Positions 15,960-26,699 of a DNA stretch of 39,367 nucleotides are shown piece by piece (position 1 is the stretch's first letter; each line of letters starts with the position of its first letter). The DNA lies in sequence record SRR20825010_1490; one strand, given 5' to 3'. A program made the position numbers and the translations under genes. The notes under the pieces were generated by a model, which saw nothing but the letters and a program-made list of their open reading frames with translations, searched no databases and was not told the DNA's origin.

Positions 15960-18900
15960 ATGACAAACCTAAACTTTTTAAGTTGCTACAGCTCTTCGTT
16001 GAGTTTAAGCAATGTTCAAAGTCCTCCTAAAGAATGGTGGTGTTTTTCAATACTGCTTTTTTTTATGTTTTTTACTACAACGATTGCGTCCCAAGAGCTT
16101 AATGTAATTGGGCAAGTAAGTGCAGCAGATATTTCTGGCCCTTTACCTGGCGTTACAGTTATTGAAAAAGGAACCAGTAATGGGGTAGCCACAGATTTTG
16201 ATGGGAATTATAATATTACAGTTTCTAACCCTAGTGCTACCTTAATTTTTTCATACATCGGCTATGTTACCAAAGAAGTAGCGGTGAATGATCAGTCGGA
16301 AATTAATGTTAGTTTAGAAGCCGACGTTAATCAATTAGATGAAGTTGTTTTGATTGATTATGGTTACGGAAAAGTAAAGAGGCAAGATATGACAGGGTCC
16401 GTAGCAACAATGTCTGCCAAAGAAATTTCTAAGATTCCAGTTTCTAGTGCGGCTGAAGCACTCTCAGGAAGACTTCCAGGAGTAAATGTAACAACCGCCG
16501 ATGGAGAGCCTGGAGCAGATATTAAAATTAGAGTTCGTGGAGGTGGATCTATTACCCAAGATAACTCTCCATTATATGTTGTGGATGGATTTATTGTAAG
16601 TAGTATTAACGATATTCCGCCAAACGATATTGCAAATATAGATGTACTTAAGGATGCAGCAGCAACTGCTGTTTATGGAGCGCAAGCTTCTAATGGAGTT
16701 ATTGTAATTACCACAAAATCTCCTATTGCTGGGAAAGTTTCTATTTCTTATAACAATTTCTTTCAATTTAATACACTTCCAGAAGATAGACGTTATGAGG
16801 TGTTATCTCCTTATGAATATGTGCTGGCAAATTATGAGTATGCTAAACTACAAGGACAATCATCTGTTGATAATTTTGAAAAGTATTTTGGAAAATATGA
16901 TGATATAGAATTGTATAAATCTAAGCCAGGAACCGATTGGCAAGATGAACTTTTTGGAGGATCGCGTTTATCTCAATATCACAACATCGCAATTAGCGGG
17001 GGTACAGATATGACTAAAATGAGATTGAGTGTTTCTAGAAATGACGATGAAGGACTTTTAACAGGTTCTGCATATGAGAGAACAGCAGTTAACTTTAAAT
17101 TGAACCAGAAATTAGCAGATCCACTACGCTTAGATGTGTCTACCAGAATTACAAATTCTGTTATAGATGGAGCAGGAACATCTAACAATGCGCAATTAAA
17201 AATTAAAGATGCAGTGCAAGCAAGACCTGTAAATGGTATTGCAGATGAATTGGAAATAGATTTAAATCAACCTAATAATGATGACGATTACCAGCAGTTC
17301 TTATTGAGTTTAGTAGATCCTACAGAACTTGTTAAACAGGATTGGCGTAAAAGAACGGAAAATAGTTATGTATTGAATGCAGGTTTGACATGGTCTATTT
17401 TTTCTGATTTAGACTTTAAAACAACTTTTACAACCGAAAAGAAATTTAGAGAAGACCTTCGTTTTTATGGTCCTTTAACAGGAGAATCTTTTAACAATGG
17501 TGGGAGTATGCCTTTGGGACAAAAAGATAATAGGGAGAACGATTCTTATAGATGGTTAAATACTTTGAACTATAAAAAGAATTGGGGAGAAGATTATAAA
17601 TTAGATTTCTTATTAGGTTTTGAAATGTCTTCTGCGGGAGGAAAAAGAAGCTTTATTCGTGCAGAAGATTTTAGACTTTCTATTACTCCAGAAGAGTTGT
17701 TTGCAAACATGGCTTTTGGTCGTGTAGATAGATTATTAACCTCAGAAGATACCGATGTAAACAGGCGTTCTTTATTTGGAAGATTAGATTTCCAACTTCA
17801 AGATAAATATATCTGGACACTTACTTTTAGAGGGGATGAATCGAGTCGTTTTGCAAAAGAGAACCGTTTAGGAATTTTTCCAGCATTGGCATTTGCTTGG
17901 AAATTAAAGAATGAAGATTTCTTAAAAAATGCTGATTTTATAGACGAATTAAAACTGAGAATTACCTACGGAGAAACAGGGAACGACAGAATCGACCCAA
18001 CAGCTACGCAATTCTTATTTGGCGCAACAACCAACAGAGGTCCTGGTTTTGGAAATATAGATAATGTGTATTACACACCTAGTAGTGATGTGCTTTATAA
18101 TCCAGATTTAAAATGGGAAACTACTGTTACCAATAATATAGGGTTGGATTTTGCCTTCTTTAATAGTCGTTTAAGAGGTAGTTTTGATTACTACAAAAAC
18201 GAAACAAGGGATTTACTATTAGAATCTGCTATTCCAAATAATACAGGTTTTGAAAATCAATGGGATAATGTTGGTTCTACTTCAAATCAAGGGGTTGAGC
18301 TTGGTCTTAATTCCTATATTATTGAGAATACAGATTTTAGTTTATCGGCTAATTTTAATATTGGAGCTAATACCTTTAAAATAGAATCTTTAGATGGAAC
18401 CAATGAGCGTTTCTTTAGATCAAATTGGGCAAGTACCGATTTAAATAATATCAACGATTATTACTTACAAGTAGGAGGTAAAGTTGGAGATATCTACGGA
18501 TATGTAACCGATGGAATGTATACCGTAAACGATTTTGAAAGTTATGATGAAGCTTCTGGAGATTACATTTTAAAAGACGGAATAGCTTCTTCTGGAGGTG
18601 TTGTAGGAAATACAAACATTCGTCCAGGGTTCTTAAAATTGAAAGATCTTGATGGAAATGGAGAGATTAATGCAGACGATAGACAAGTTATAGGTAATGC
18701 ATTGCCAGACTTCCAAGGAGGTTTTGGAGTGAATGCTCGTTACAAAGGGTTTGATGTATCTATATTTTTTAATTATCAATATGGAAATGATGTTTATAAC
18801 ACAGGAAAAATTCAATATAACCAATTCCGAAGAGTTACTTACGGTAATATGTTGAATACCATGAATTCTGACAATCGTTTTACGTATATCGATATAGACG

Positions 18901-19280
18901 GACAATATACTGGAATACCAGGAGGTGTAGTAACAGATTTAAATCAGTTACAGCAATTAAATGGCGATAAAGATATTTGGTCTCATGCCAGTCATGGTAT
19001 CGCAGGAGCAGTTGTTCATTCATGGGCAATAGAAGACGGTTCTTTCCTTAGATTAAATAACTTAACATTTGGGTATAATTTCCCGAAACAATGGATTTCT
19101 AAAGTAGGTTTAAGTCAGTTTAGACTTTTTGCTACCGGAAGAAACTTACATATCTGGACAAATTATTCAGGTTATGATCCTGAAGTGAGCTCATCGGGCG
19201 GAGGATTAACTCCTGGAGTAGATTATTCTTCTTTTCCTAGAAGCCGTTCGTATACTATAGGTCTTAACTTAACTTTTTAA
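15960..19280 (+). CDS. susC: SusC/RagA family TonB-dependent transporter
   Basis: CarboxypepD-like N-domain, LDEVV.I.YG, IRVRG..S, PLYVVDG, DVLKDA.A.A.YG...SNGVIVITTK, NPDLKWE and C-terminal GLNLTF. Confidence 0.97.
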   Translation: MTNLNFLSCYSSSLSLSNVQSPPKEWWCFSILLFFMFFTTTIASQELNVIGQVSAADISGPLPGVTVIEKGTSNGVATDFDGNYNITVSNPSATLIFSYIGYVTKEVAVNDQSEINVSLEADVNQLDEVVLIDYGYGKVKRQDMTGSVATMSAKEISKIPVSSAAEALSGRLPGVNVTTADGEPGADIKIRVRGGGSITQDNSPLYVVDGFIVSSINDIPPNDIANIDVLKDAAATAVYGAQASNGVIVITTKSPIAGKVSISYNNFFQFNTLPEDRRYEVLSPYEYVLANYEYAKLQGQSSVDNFEKYFGKYDDIELYKSKPGTDWQDELFGGSRLSQYHNIAISGGTDMTKMRLSVSRNDDEGLLTGSAYERTAVNFKLNQKLADPLRLDVSTRITNSVIDGAGTSNNAQLKIKDAVQARPVNGIADELEIDLNQPNNDDDYQQFLLSLVDPTELVKQDWRKRTENSYVLNAGLTWSIFSDLDFKTTFTTEKKFREDLRFYGPLTGESFNNGGSMPLGQKDNRENDSYRWLNTLNYKKNWGEDYKLDFLLGFEMSSAGGKRSFIRAEDFRLSITPEELFANMAFGRVDRLLTSEDTDVNRRSLFGRLDFQLQDKYIWTLTFRGDESSRFAKENRLGIFPALAFAWKLKNEDFLKNADFIDELKLRITYGETGNDRIDPTATQFLFGATTNRGPGFGNIDNVYYTPSSDVLYNPDLKWETTVTNNIGLDFAFFNSRLRGSFDYYKNETRDLLLESAIPNNTGFENQWDNVGSTSNQGVELGLNSYIIENTDFSLSANFNIGANTFKIESLDGTNERFFRSNWASTDLNNINDYYLQVGGKVGDIYGYVTDGMYTVNDFESYDEASGDYILKDGIASSGGVVGNTNIRPGFLKLKDLDGNGEINADDRQVIGNALPDFQGGFGVNARYKGFDVSIFFNYQYGNDVYNTGKIQYNQFRRVTYGNMLNTMNSDNRFTYIDIDGQYTGIPGGVVTDLNQLQQLNGDKDIWSHASHGIAGAVVHSWAIEDGSFLRLNNLTFGYNFPKQWISKVGLSQFRLFATGRNLHIWTNYSGYDPEVSSSGGGLTPGVDYSSFPRSRSYTIGLNLTF

Positions 19281-21118
19281 TGGTCAATAAAATGAAAAAT
19301 ATATATAATTCAGCTAAAATAATAATTGCCTCATTATCATTGACACTAGTTACAAGTGCGTGTAGTGACGATTTTATGGAGCCAGATTCGATTTCTACCT
19401 TCGATAATAATTACATTTATTCCAATGTAGACGATGCCAGAAATGGTGTTAATGCCATATATTCTTACTTTAATCAAGACGCATTTCGTTCGAGATTATC
19501 CAACAATATGGCTGGAAATACAGATATAGAACATCAATCTGGTTGGAACAGTAATGGAGATAGGTACCAAATATGGAATTTAGATGCATTACCTAGTAAC
19601 CGAGATTTAGACATTGTATGGACAAGTGCTTATAGAGCCATTAGAGATGCTAATATTTCTATTGAAGGTATTACAGCTAGCGGAAATTTGGAGAATGAGG
19701 ATGAAACTGTTCGAAAAACAATGAATCAATTGCTTGGAGAGGCTTATACTTTAAGAGCTTATTGGTATAGTATGTTAATTTACTATTTTGGAGATGTACC
19801 TTATGTAGTTGCTGCACCAGTAGCTGGCGATAATTTTAATTTGCCAAAAACCGACCGAAATGAAATTCTAAGTGGTGAGATTCAAAATCTTATCGAAGTA
19901 GAAGAAAACATGCTTTGGGCAGACGAAACTCGTTATGGAGTAGAACAAGTTAACAGAGAATATACTTTGGCAATGATTGCGAGATTGGCATTGCAAAGAG
20001 GAGGTTATTATTTAAAGCCAGATTTGTCGCAAGCTAGAGGGAGTAATTATCAAGAATATTATACCATTGCGAGAGATTATGCTAAAAAGTTAATCGACCT
20101 TAAAGATAGACCATTACCGACAGATTTTCGTCAGATTTTCTTAAACAACGTTACCTTTCAAACTCCAGTAAATAGTGAAGTTTTATTTGAAGTTCCTTTT
20201 TCTCTTAACAGTGGAGATGTAGGTTGGAATATTGGAATTGAAGTAGAAGGAGGTCCAACATCTTCTCACAATTATGGTTCAGGAAACAACTATATGGCAA
20301 TGCCTGTTACCTATTATTTTTCGTTTGATACGTTAGATGTTAGAAGAGATGTTACCTGTGGTTTATACAGAATAAATACAGACTTTGAACCTGAATTTAT
20401 AGATGGACCAATGAATATTTCCCAAGGAAAATGGGGACGTCATTTATTGGAAACGCCACCTGGAGCTTCAACGGCAAAAAGTACGGGTATTAACTGGCCA
20501 ATGATGCGTTATGCAGATGTACTTTTAATGTACGCAGAAGCAGAAAACGAATTAAATGGGCCAACAATGGAAGCGCAAAATGCACTTAGAAGAGTTCGTC
20601 AAAGAGCTTTTGAGGATGCCGATTGGGCTGAAAAAGTAGATCAGTATTTAACGAGTGTTTCCTCAAGTAAAGATTCATTTTTTGAAGCAATTGTAAACGA
20701 GCGCGCATGGGAATTTGGAGGAGAAATGATTCGTAAATATGAGTTAATCCGTTGGGGAATTTACTCTGAAAAAATGTCGGAAACTGTTGAAGGACTTAAA
20801 CAATTAGCAGACGAAGCATATAATGGAACCACAGATTTACCAGATTATATGTATTGGAAATTAGATGAAGAAGGGAAATTTACCATCTTAAATAGAAACT
20901 CAAGAGTAGTTGCTCCGCCAGACGAAACATGGAATCAAGTTCCTTTTTTACTTGATTTACATGATGATACCACTACATATGACGAATGGATTTTACGCGA
21001 CTGGGAAAATTATATAAACGGTCCTAATCCAGGAGTGGCAAGATATATTTTTCCAATTCCAACCATAGCCGTAGAGAACAGTCAAGGAACATTGCAAAAT
21101 GATGGTTACGGATTCTAA
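19280..21118 (+). CDS. susD: SusD/RagB family lipoprotein (start may be ATG 19292)
   Basis: Lipobox TSAC, GEA..LRA..Y, YFGDVP, MRYADVLLMYAEA, ER.WEF.GE..R and FPIP motifs. Confidence 0.95.
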   Translation: MVNKMKNIYNSAKIIIASLSLTLVTSACSDDFMEPDSISTFDNNYIYSNVDDARNGVNAIYSYFNQDAFRSRLSNNMAGNTDIEHQSGWNSNGDRYQIWNLDALPSNRDLDIVWTSAYRAIRDANISIEGITASGNLENEDETVRKTMNQLLGEAYTLRAYWYSMLIYYFGDVPYVVAAPVAGDNFNLPKTDRNEILSGEIQNLIEVEENMLWADETRYGVEQVNREYTLAMIARLALQRGGYYLKPDLSQARGSNYQEYYTIARDYAKKLIDLKDRPLPTDFRQIFLNNVTFQTPVNSEVLFEVPFSLNSGDVGWNIGIEVEGGPTSSHNYGSGNNYMAMPVTYYFSFDTLDVRRDVTCGLYRINTDFEPEFIDGPMNISQGKWGRHLLETPPGASTAKSTGINWPMMRYADVLLMYAEAENELNGPTMEAQNALRRVRQRAFEDADWAEKVDQYLTSVSSSKDSFFEAIVNERAWEFGGEMIRKYELIRWGIYSEKMSETVEGLKQLADEAYNGTTDLPDYMYWKLDEEGKFTILNRNSRVVAPPDETWNQVPFLLDLHDDTTTYDEWILRDWENYINGPNPGVARYIFPIPTIAVENSQGTLQNDGYGF

Positions 21119-21139
21119 ATCAACTTAAAAAAGGAACAA

Positions 21140-22819
21140 ATGAAAAACAATAAAAGCATATTTAATATAAAATCGTTGTTAGGCTTATTGCTGTGCATCA
21201 CCCTTTTTAATGCCTGTGATAAAGACGACGATAAAAGTTTTGAGCAAACAAGACTTTTTAGACCAGTACTTAATGAAGATTTGTTTTCTGAAGGAAATAC
21301 CATTATTGTAAATATGGGAAAACTTAAAGAAGCAGAGTCTTATACATTAGAAGTTAGTAGAGATACCTTTACAACTATAGAATATACTATTCAAGCAGAT
21401 ACTAATTATGTAGAAATAAATAAAACATTAGTTGGAGAAGATTTGTTTTGGAATACACTTTATCAAGTAAGAGCAACTGCTCATGCTTCCGATCCTCAGT
21501 ATGATAGTAAATTGTCGGATTTAGGGAATGTAAGAACACAGCGTTTTCCAACTATTTTAAATATCCCTGAAGCTTATGATGTTACCGATGTGGCTGCAAG
21601 AGTAACATGGACACCTGCGGGGGCAGCGGTTACGGGAATTAAAGTTTTTGCTGCTGAAGACTTAAAACTTCAAGAACCTTTATTTGAAGAGACTCCAGTT
21701 TCTTCAGAAGAGAATGATAATGGGGAAGGTTTTGTAGAAGGCTTGAGTCCGGAAACAGCATATCAAATTGCAATTTATAGCGGAGAAGATATCCGTGGTT
21801 GGGTAAATTACACTACAAAAGTTGCAGATATAGATGCTTCCGATCCTAATGTAATAGACATTAGAGAAAATGAAAGTGCTAGTGCAGTTGCAGATGCAGT
21901 TGCGGCCGCACCAGATGGAGCAACTATATTAGTAAAACGTGGAGTAACGTATGATTTACCAGGAGACAATTTAACAAAATCTATCACTATTCAAGCAGCG
22001 TATGGTTTTGGAGAACAAAAGGCAAAATTATACACTACTGGAAACTGGAATATTGAAGGTAATTCTAATATTGATCATATCCGTTTTGTAGACCTTGAGT
22101 TGAGAGGAGAAGATTTTTCAGGAGATTATATTTTCAATCCAAATACAGATAATATTTATGTTAGAGAAGTAAGTTTTGAAAATTGTCAAATTGGAACTTT
22201 AAGAGGAATAATGCGTATTAGGGGTACTGTAGAGATAGATAATTTCATTATTAATAATAGTGTAGTGGACAGTATTGGTAATTACGGAATTATTACTGCC
22301 GATACTAATCCTGCGGATGCTGGAGAAACACCAACGGCTAGATTTAATAACATAACTTTTAGCAACAGTACTTTTAACAAAGTAGATACAGGAGTTCAGT
22401 CTAGAAACAACTCTCAATCTTTGGTTATTGAAAGCTGTACGTTTGCAAACTTTATCAATACGGGAGCTAGATTCTTACGTTACCGAGGAGGTGATGGAAA
22501 TAATAATGTAGCTAATGGAATTCAGATAAGGAATTCAATATTCGGACATTCTTGGGATCAATCTGGTGAGGGTGTATATGGAATTCAAGGAGTTGGAGAA
22601 GGATTAGAAAGCACCAATTTTGAGTTATTAAATATTTATAGTACGTCAAACTTCTCCTTCAATGAAGGAAAAGAAATTCCAGGATTTCCTGTAGGAAACT
22701 ATTCTGGTACTCAAGACGATTTATGGAAAGATGTAGATAATAACGATTTCAATTTTAAAGATACAGGATTCTCTGGGAAATATAATTCTGGAGATCCTAG
22801 ATGGAGAGCACAATTATAA
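21140..22819 (+). CDS. DUF4957/DUF5123 surface lipoprotein (FN3 + beta-helix), putative glycan-binding
   Basis: Lipobox FNAC-DKDDD, RLFRP, FN3-like segments, beta-helix repeats and terminal GDPRW. Confidence 0.8.
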   Translation: MKNNKSIFNIKSLLGLLLCITLFNACDKDDDKSFEQTRLFRPVLNEDLFSEGNTIIVNMGKLKEAESYTLEVSRDTFTTIEYTIQADTNYVEINKTLVGEDLFWNTLYQVRATAHASDPQYDSKLSDLGNVRTQRFPTILNIPEAYDVTDVAARVTWTPAGAAVTGIKVFAAEDLKLQEPLFEETPVSSEENDNGEGFVEGLSPETAYQIAIYSGEDIRGWVNYTTKVADIDASDPNVIDIRENESASAVADAVAAAPDGATILVKRGVTYDLPGDNLTKSITIQAAYGFGEQKAKLYTTGNWNIEGNSNIDHIRFVDLELRGEDFSGDYIFNPNTDNIYVREVSFENCQIGTLRGIMRIRGTVEIDNFIINNSVVDSIGNYGIITADTNPADAGETPTARFNNITFSNSTFNKVDTGVQSRNNSQSLVIESCTFANFINTGARFLRYRGGDGNNNVANGIQIRNSIFGHSWDQSGEGVYGIQGVGEGLESTNFELLNIYSTSNFSFNEGKEIPGFPVGNYSGTQDDLWKDVDNNDFNFKDTGFSGKYNSGDPRWRAQL

Positions 22820-22850
22820 TAATTAGTTTGTTTTAGTTAGTATGCAAATT

Positions 22851-22907
22851 CAACTAAAGGCTAGCACCTCAAATAGGCATAGAATGGTGCTAGCTTTGGT
22901 TGTTTTT
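22851..22907 (+). terminator. Long hairpin + T-tract after the susC-susD-DUF5123 module
   Basis: CAACTAAAG-G-CTAGCACC pairs with GGTGCTAG-CTTTGGTTG, followed by TTTTT. Confidence 0.65.
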
Positions 22908-22970
22908 ATTAATTGAAATACTATTATTTATTAGTAAATAACTTTATTTTAAAATAATACATATAAGCAC

Positions 22971-24467
22971 ATGAAATATAAAGCAAGTTTATATTCCTTT
23001 TTTATTTTATTGATTACCTGCTTTATGAGTTGTTCTAATAGCGACGGAACAGGAATAAATCATGATGACGATACAGTGCCAGAAAATTCCTCCATAGAAA
23101 AGCCAACTCAAATTGAAGAAGAAGCGTATGCTTTTCCAGGAGCTGAAGGATTTGGTAGGAATACAACAGGAGGGAGAGGAGGGAAAGTACTTTTTGTAAC
23201 TAATTTAAATGATAGTGGTGAAGGTAGTTTTAGAAAAGCCATAGAAACAGCAGGCTCTCGATATATTCTTTTTAAAGTTTCTGGAAATATAAGTTTAAAA
23301 TCGAGGTTAGTTATTGAAAATGGAGATCTTACTATAGCAGGACAAACAGCTCCTGGTGATGGAATTACTATTAAAGATTATCCCGTTTTAATTAAAGCAG
23401 ACAATGTAATCATTAGGTTTCTGCGTTTTCGAATGGGAGACGAAGAGCAGCAACAGGCAGATGGATTAGAAGTACGCTTTCAAAAAAATATTATTGTAGA
23501 TCATTGCTCTATTAGTTGGAGTACCGACGAAACGGCAACTTTCTATGCAAATGAAAAAACAACGCTTCAATGGTGCTTTGTAACGGAGAGTTTAAGAAAC
23601 TCTGTTCATGAAAAAGGAGCACATGGTTATGGAGGTATTTGGGGTGGTAAAAAAGCATCTTTTCATCATAATTTACTAGCACATCATGATAGTCGCAATC
23701 CGCGTTTGGGAGAGCAAGCTGGGAAAGCCTTTGCATTAACAGATTTGGTGGATTTAAGGAATAACGTTATTTATAATTGGGGAAATAATAGTGCTTATGG
23801 AGGGGAAGCTATGAATGTTAATATTGTAAATTGTTACTATAAACCAGGACCTGCAACCGCAAAAAGAGATAGAATAATAGCTATAGATAAAAATAAAAAT
23901 ACAGATACCGAAGTGTATGATATTTGGGGAAAATTTTACATTTCTGGAAATTATATGGAGGGGAGTAAAGTTGTAACTCAAGATAATTGGAATTATGGAG
24001 TTTACAATCAGATCCATCATAGCTATGGAGAGGTTTCAGAAGAAGAAAAACAAGCAATGAGACTTCCTTCTCCCCTAGATGTTGAGAATAACGTTACTAC
24101 ACATACAGCTCAAGATGCATATAAAAGAGTTCTAGAATTTGGGGGTTCTTCTTTAGTTAGAGATGAAATAGACCAAAGAATAGTTAAAGAAGTAGAAGCT
24201 GGAAATTATACCTATGAAGGATCTAATGGAAGTTCAAAAGGAATTATAGATTCTCAAAATGATGTTGGAGGTTGGCCAGAACTTAAAAGTGAAACGCCAC
24301 CACAAGATTCTTCTAAAGATGGAATGCCAGACGATTGGAAGATTGAAATGAAGCTTAATCCCGAGGCTAATAATCCTAACGGAAATGAATTGAGTACTGC
24401 TTATGACAATATAGAAGTTTATATAAATAGTCTTGTAGCATTGATTACCGAACAGCAAAACAAATAA
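22971..24467 (+). CDS. Pectate lyase PL1 family lipoprotein
   Basis: Lipobox FMSC; AFPGAEGFG..TTGGRGG, VTNLND.G.GS.R, IAGQTAPG.GI, DHCS.SW.TDE, HHNL and R.PR motifs. Confidence 0.9.
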   Translation: MKYKASLYSFFILLITCFMSCSNSDGTGINHDDDTVPENSSIEKPTQIEEEAYAFPGAEGFGRNTTGGRGGKVLFVTNLNDSGEGSFRKAIETAGSRYILFKVSGNISLKSRLVIENGDLTIAGQTAPGDGITIKDYPVLIKADNVIIRFLRFRMGDEEQQQADGLEVRFQKNIIVDHCSISWSTDETATFYANEKTTLQWCFVTESLRNSVHEKGAHGYGGIWGGKKASFHHNLLAHHDSRNPRLGEQAGKAFALTDLVDLRNNVIYNWGNNSAYGGEAMNVNIVNCYYKPGPATAKRDRIIAIDKNKNTDTEVYDIWGKFYISGNYMEGSKVVTQDNWNYGVYNQIHHSYGEVSEEEKQAMRLPSPLDVENNVTTHTAQDAYKRVLEFGGSSLVRDEIDQRIVKEVEAGNYTYEGSNGSSKGIIDSQNDVGGWPELKSETPPQDSSKDGMPDDWKIEMKLNPEANNPNGNELSTAYDNIEVYINSLVALITEQQNK

Positions 24468-24471
24468 TTAA

Positions 24472-26676
24472 ATGTTTTATCAGAAAAAAATAACATTTCT
24501 TTTCTCACTTTTTTTAGTTGTAAGCGCTTTCTTAAGCGCTCAACAATTGGCATTTCCAAATGCTGAAGGTTTTGGTCGCTATGCAACAGGTGGTCGTGGC
24601 GGACAAGTTTATGTGGTTACAAACCTTAACGACGATGGTGAAGGAAGTTTGCGAAAGGGAATTGTGAAAAATGGTCCCCGAACTATTGTTTTTAATATTT
24701 CTGGGACTATAAATTTAAAGTCAGATTTAGATATTAACAAAGGAGATCTTACCATTCTTGGACAAACGGCTCCTGGCGATGGAATTACAATAAAAGGATA
24801 TCCTGTAAGTGTAAAAGCAGACAATGTTATTATTAGATATTTAAGGTTTAGAATGGGCGATGTGTATGGAGTAGAAGACGATGCATTTGGAGGGCGAGGT
24901 TTCGAAAATGCCATTATTGATCATTGTTCTATAAGTTGGTCTACCGATGAAAATGCATCATTTTATCATACCAAAAACTTCACCATGCAATGGTGTATTA
25001 TTTCCGAGGCATTAAATCGTTCTATTCATAAAAAAGGAGCGCATGGATATGGCGGAATTTGGGGTGGACAAAATGCCTCTTTTCATCATAATTTAATTGC
25101 AAGTAATAGTAGTCGAAATCCTAGATTTAGCGGTTCTTCATCAACCCCAAATACAAAAGATGAGTTTGTTGATTTTAGAAATAACGTCATTTATAATTGG
25201 AAACTAGACAATACCTATGGGGGTGAAAAAGGACGTTATAATATCATTAATAATTATTATAAACCAGGACCTGCAACCGAAAAATCAAAAACTAATAGAA
25301 TTGTAAATCCCTACAAGCCTTATGGTAAATTTTATGTAGAAGGTAATTTTTTAGAAGGGAACTCCGAAATTTCAGAAGATAATTGGAAAGGTCTTTTAGT
25401 TGATGATTTAGACGAAGTAAAACTTTCTTCAGAAGAAAAAATAACTAATGTAAACACACAAACAGCAACAGAATCTTATGCCTCGGTATTGAAAAATGCA
25501 GGAGCAAGCAAGGTTAGAGATGCTGTAGATAAAAGAATTATTTCTGAAGTTAAAAAAGGAACAGCTACTTATAAAAATGGAATCATTGACTCCCAAAAAG
25601 ATGTAGGAGGCTGGCCAACTTTAAAAGAGGTTTCAATAGAAAATGATAAGGACGAAGATGGAATTCCAGATGATTGGGAGCTTAAGAATAATTTAAAACC
25701 TACTATTAAGGATTCACATATAATTGCTAAAAGTGAATATAGTAATATAGAAGTTTATGCAAATTCTCTTCTTAAAAAAAGGGAGTTTGATTATATAGTA
25801 AGTCTAGACGGTACAGGAGATTTTACCTCAGTTCAAGCAGCAATAGATGAGGTGCCAAATTTCAGAAAAAAACAAACACGTATTTTTATTAAAAATGGAG
25901 TCTATAAAGAAAAATTAGTACTCCCAGCTTCTAAAACTAATGTTGCTTTTATTGGAGAAGATAAAGAAAATACTATATTGACATTCAACGATTATGCAAG
26001 TAAGCACAATGCTTTTGGAGAAGAAATGGGAACAACAGGCTCTACTTCTTTCTTTGTTTTTGGAGACGACTTCTATGCTGAAAATATTACTTTTGAAAAT
26101 AGCGCTGGACCTGTTGGGCAAGCAGTTGCAGTTCGTGTAGATGGGGATAGAGTGTATTTTAATAATTGCAAGTTTTTAGGAAATCAAGATACGCTTTACT
26201 TACATGGAAAAGAGAGTCGTCAATACTATAAAGATTGCTATATAGAGGGAACGGTGGATTATATATTCGGTTGGGCTACCGCTTTTTTTGAGAACTGTAC
26301 AATTATGAGTAAAGACCACGGATATGTTACAGCTGCTTCTACAGAAAAGAGTGCTAATTACGGAATGGTGTTTTACAATTGTAAGCTTTTAAGCAAAGCC
26401 GAAGAACACTCGTTTTATTTAGGAAGGCCTTGGCGAGATTATGCGCAAACCATTTGGATTAATTGTTATATGGAAAACCATATAAAACCAGAGGGCTGGC
26501 ATAATTGGAATAAGCCACAAGCCGAAAAAACTACTTTCTATGCTGAATACAATACTACAGGTCCAGGAGCGTCTAATAAGCGTGTACCATGGGCAAAACA
26601 ATTAACAGCTTCGGATATTAAAAAATATACTAAAGAAGAAGTTTTAAAAGGAAACGATAACTGGAATCCAAACTAA
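24472..26676 (+). CDS. Pectate lyase PL1 :: pectin methylesterase CE8 fusion
   Basis: N-terminal PL1 motifs as above. C-terminal CE8 motifs DG.GDF.SVQ.AI, G.YKE, QAVA, QDTL, DYIFG and LGRPW. Confidence 0.93.
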   Translation: MFYQKKITFLFSLFLVVSAFLSAQQLAFPNAEGFGRYATGGRGGQVYVVTNLNDDGEGSLRKGIVKNGPRTIVFNISGTINLKSDLDINKGDLTILGQTAPGDGITIKGYPVSVKADNVIIRYLRFRMGDVYGVEDDAFGGRGFENAIIDHCSISWSTDENASFYHTKNFTMQWCIISEALNRSIHKKGAHGYGGIWGGQNASFHHNLIASNSSRNPRFSGSSSTPNTKDEFVDFRNNVIYNWKLDNTYGGEKGRYNIINNYYKPGPATEKSKTNRIVNPYKPYGKFYVEGNFLEGNSEISEDNWKGLLVDDLDEVKLSSEEKITNVNTQTATESYASVLKNAGASKVRDAVDKRIISEVKKGTATYKNGIIDSQKDVGGWPTLKEVSIENDKDEDGIPDDWELKNNLKPTIKDSHIIAKSEYSNIEVYANSLLKKREFDYIVSLDGTGDFTSVQAAIDEVPNFRKKQTRIFIKNGVYKEKLVLPASKTNVAFIGEDKENTILTFNDYASKHNAFGEEMGTTGSTSFFVFGDDFYAENITFENSAGPVGQAVAVRVDGDRVYFNNCKFLGNQDTLYLHGKESRQYYKDCYIEGTVDYIFGWATAFFENCTIMSKDHGYVTAASTEKSANYGMVFYNCKLLSKAEEHSFYLGRPWRDYAQTIWINCYMENHIKPEGWHNWNKPQAEKTTFYAEYNTTGPGASNKRVPWAKQLTASDIKKYTKEEVLKGNDNWNPN

Positions 26677-26699
26677 ATAAGAATAATAATCATTAACGC

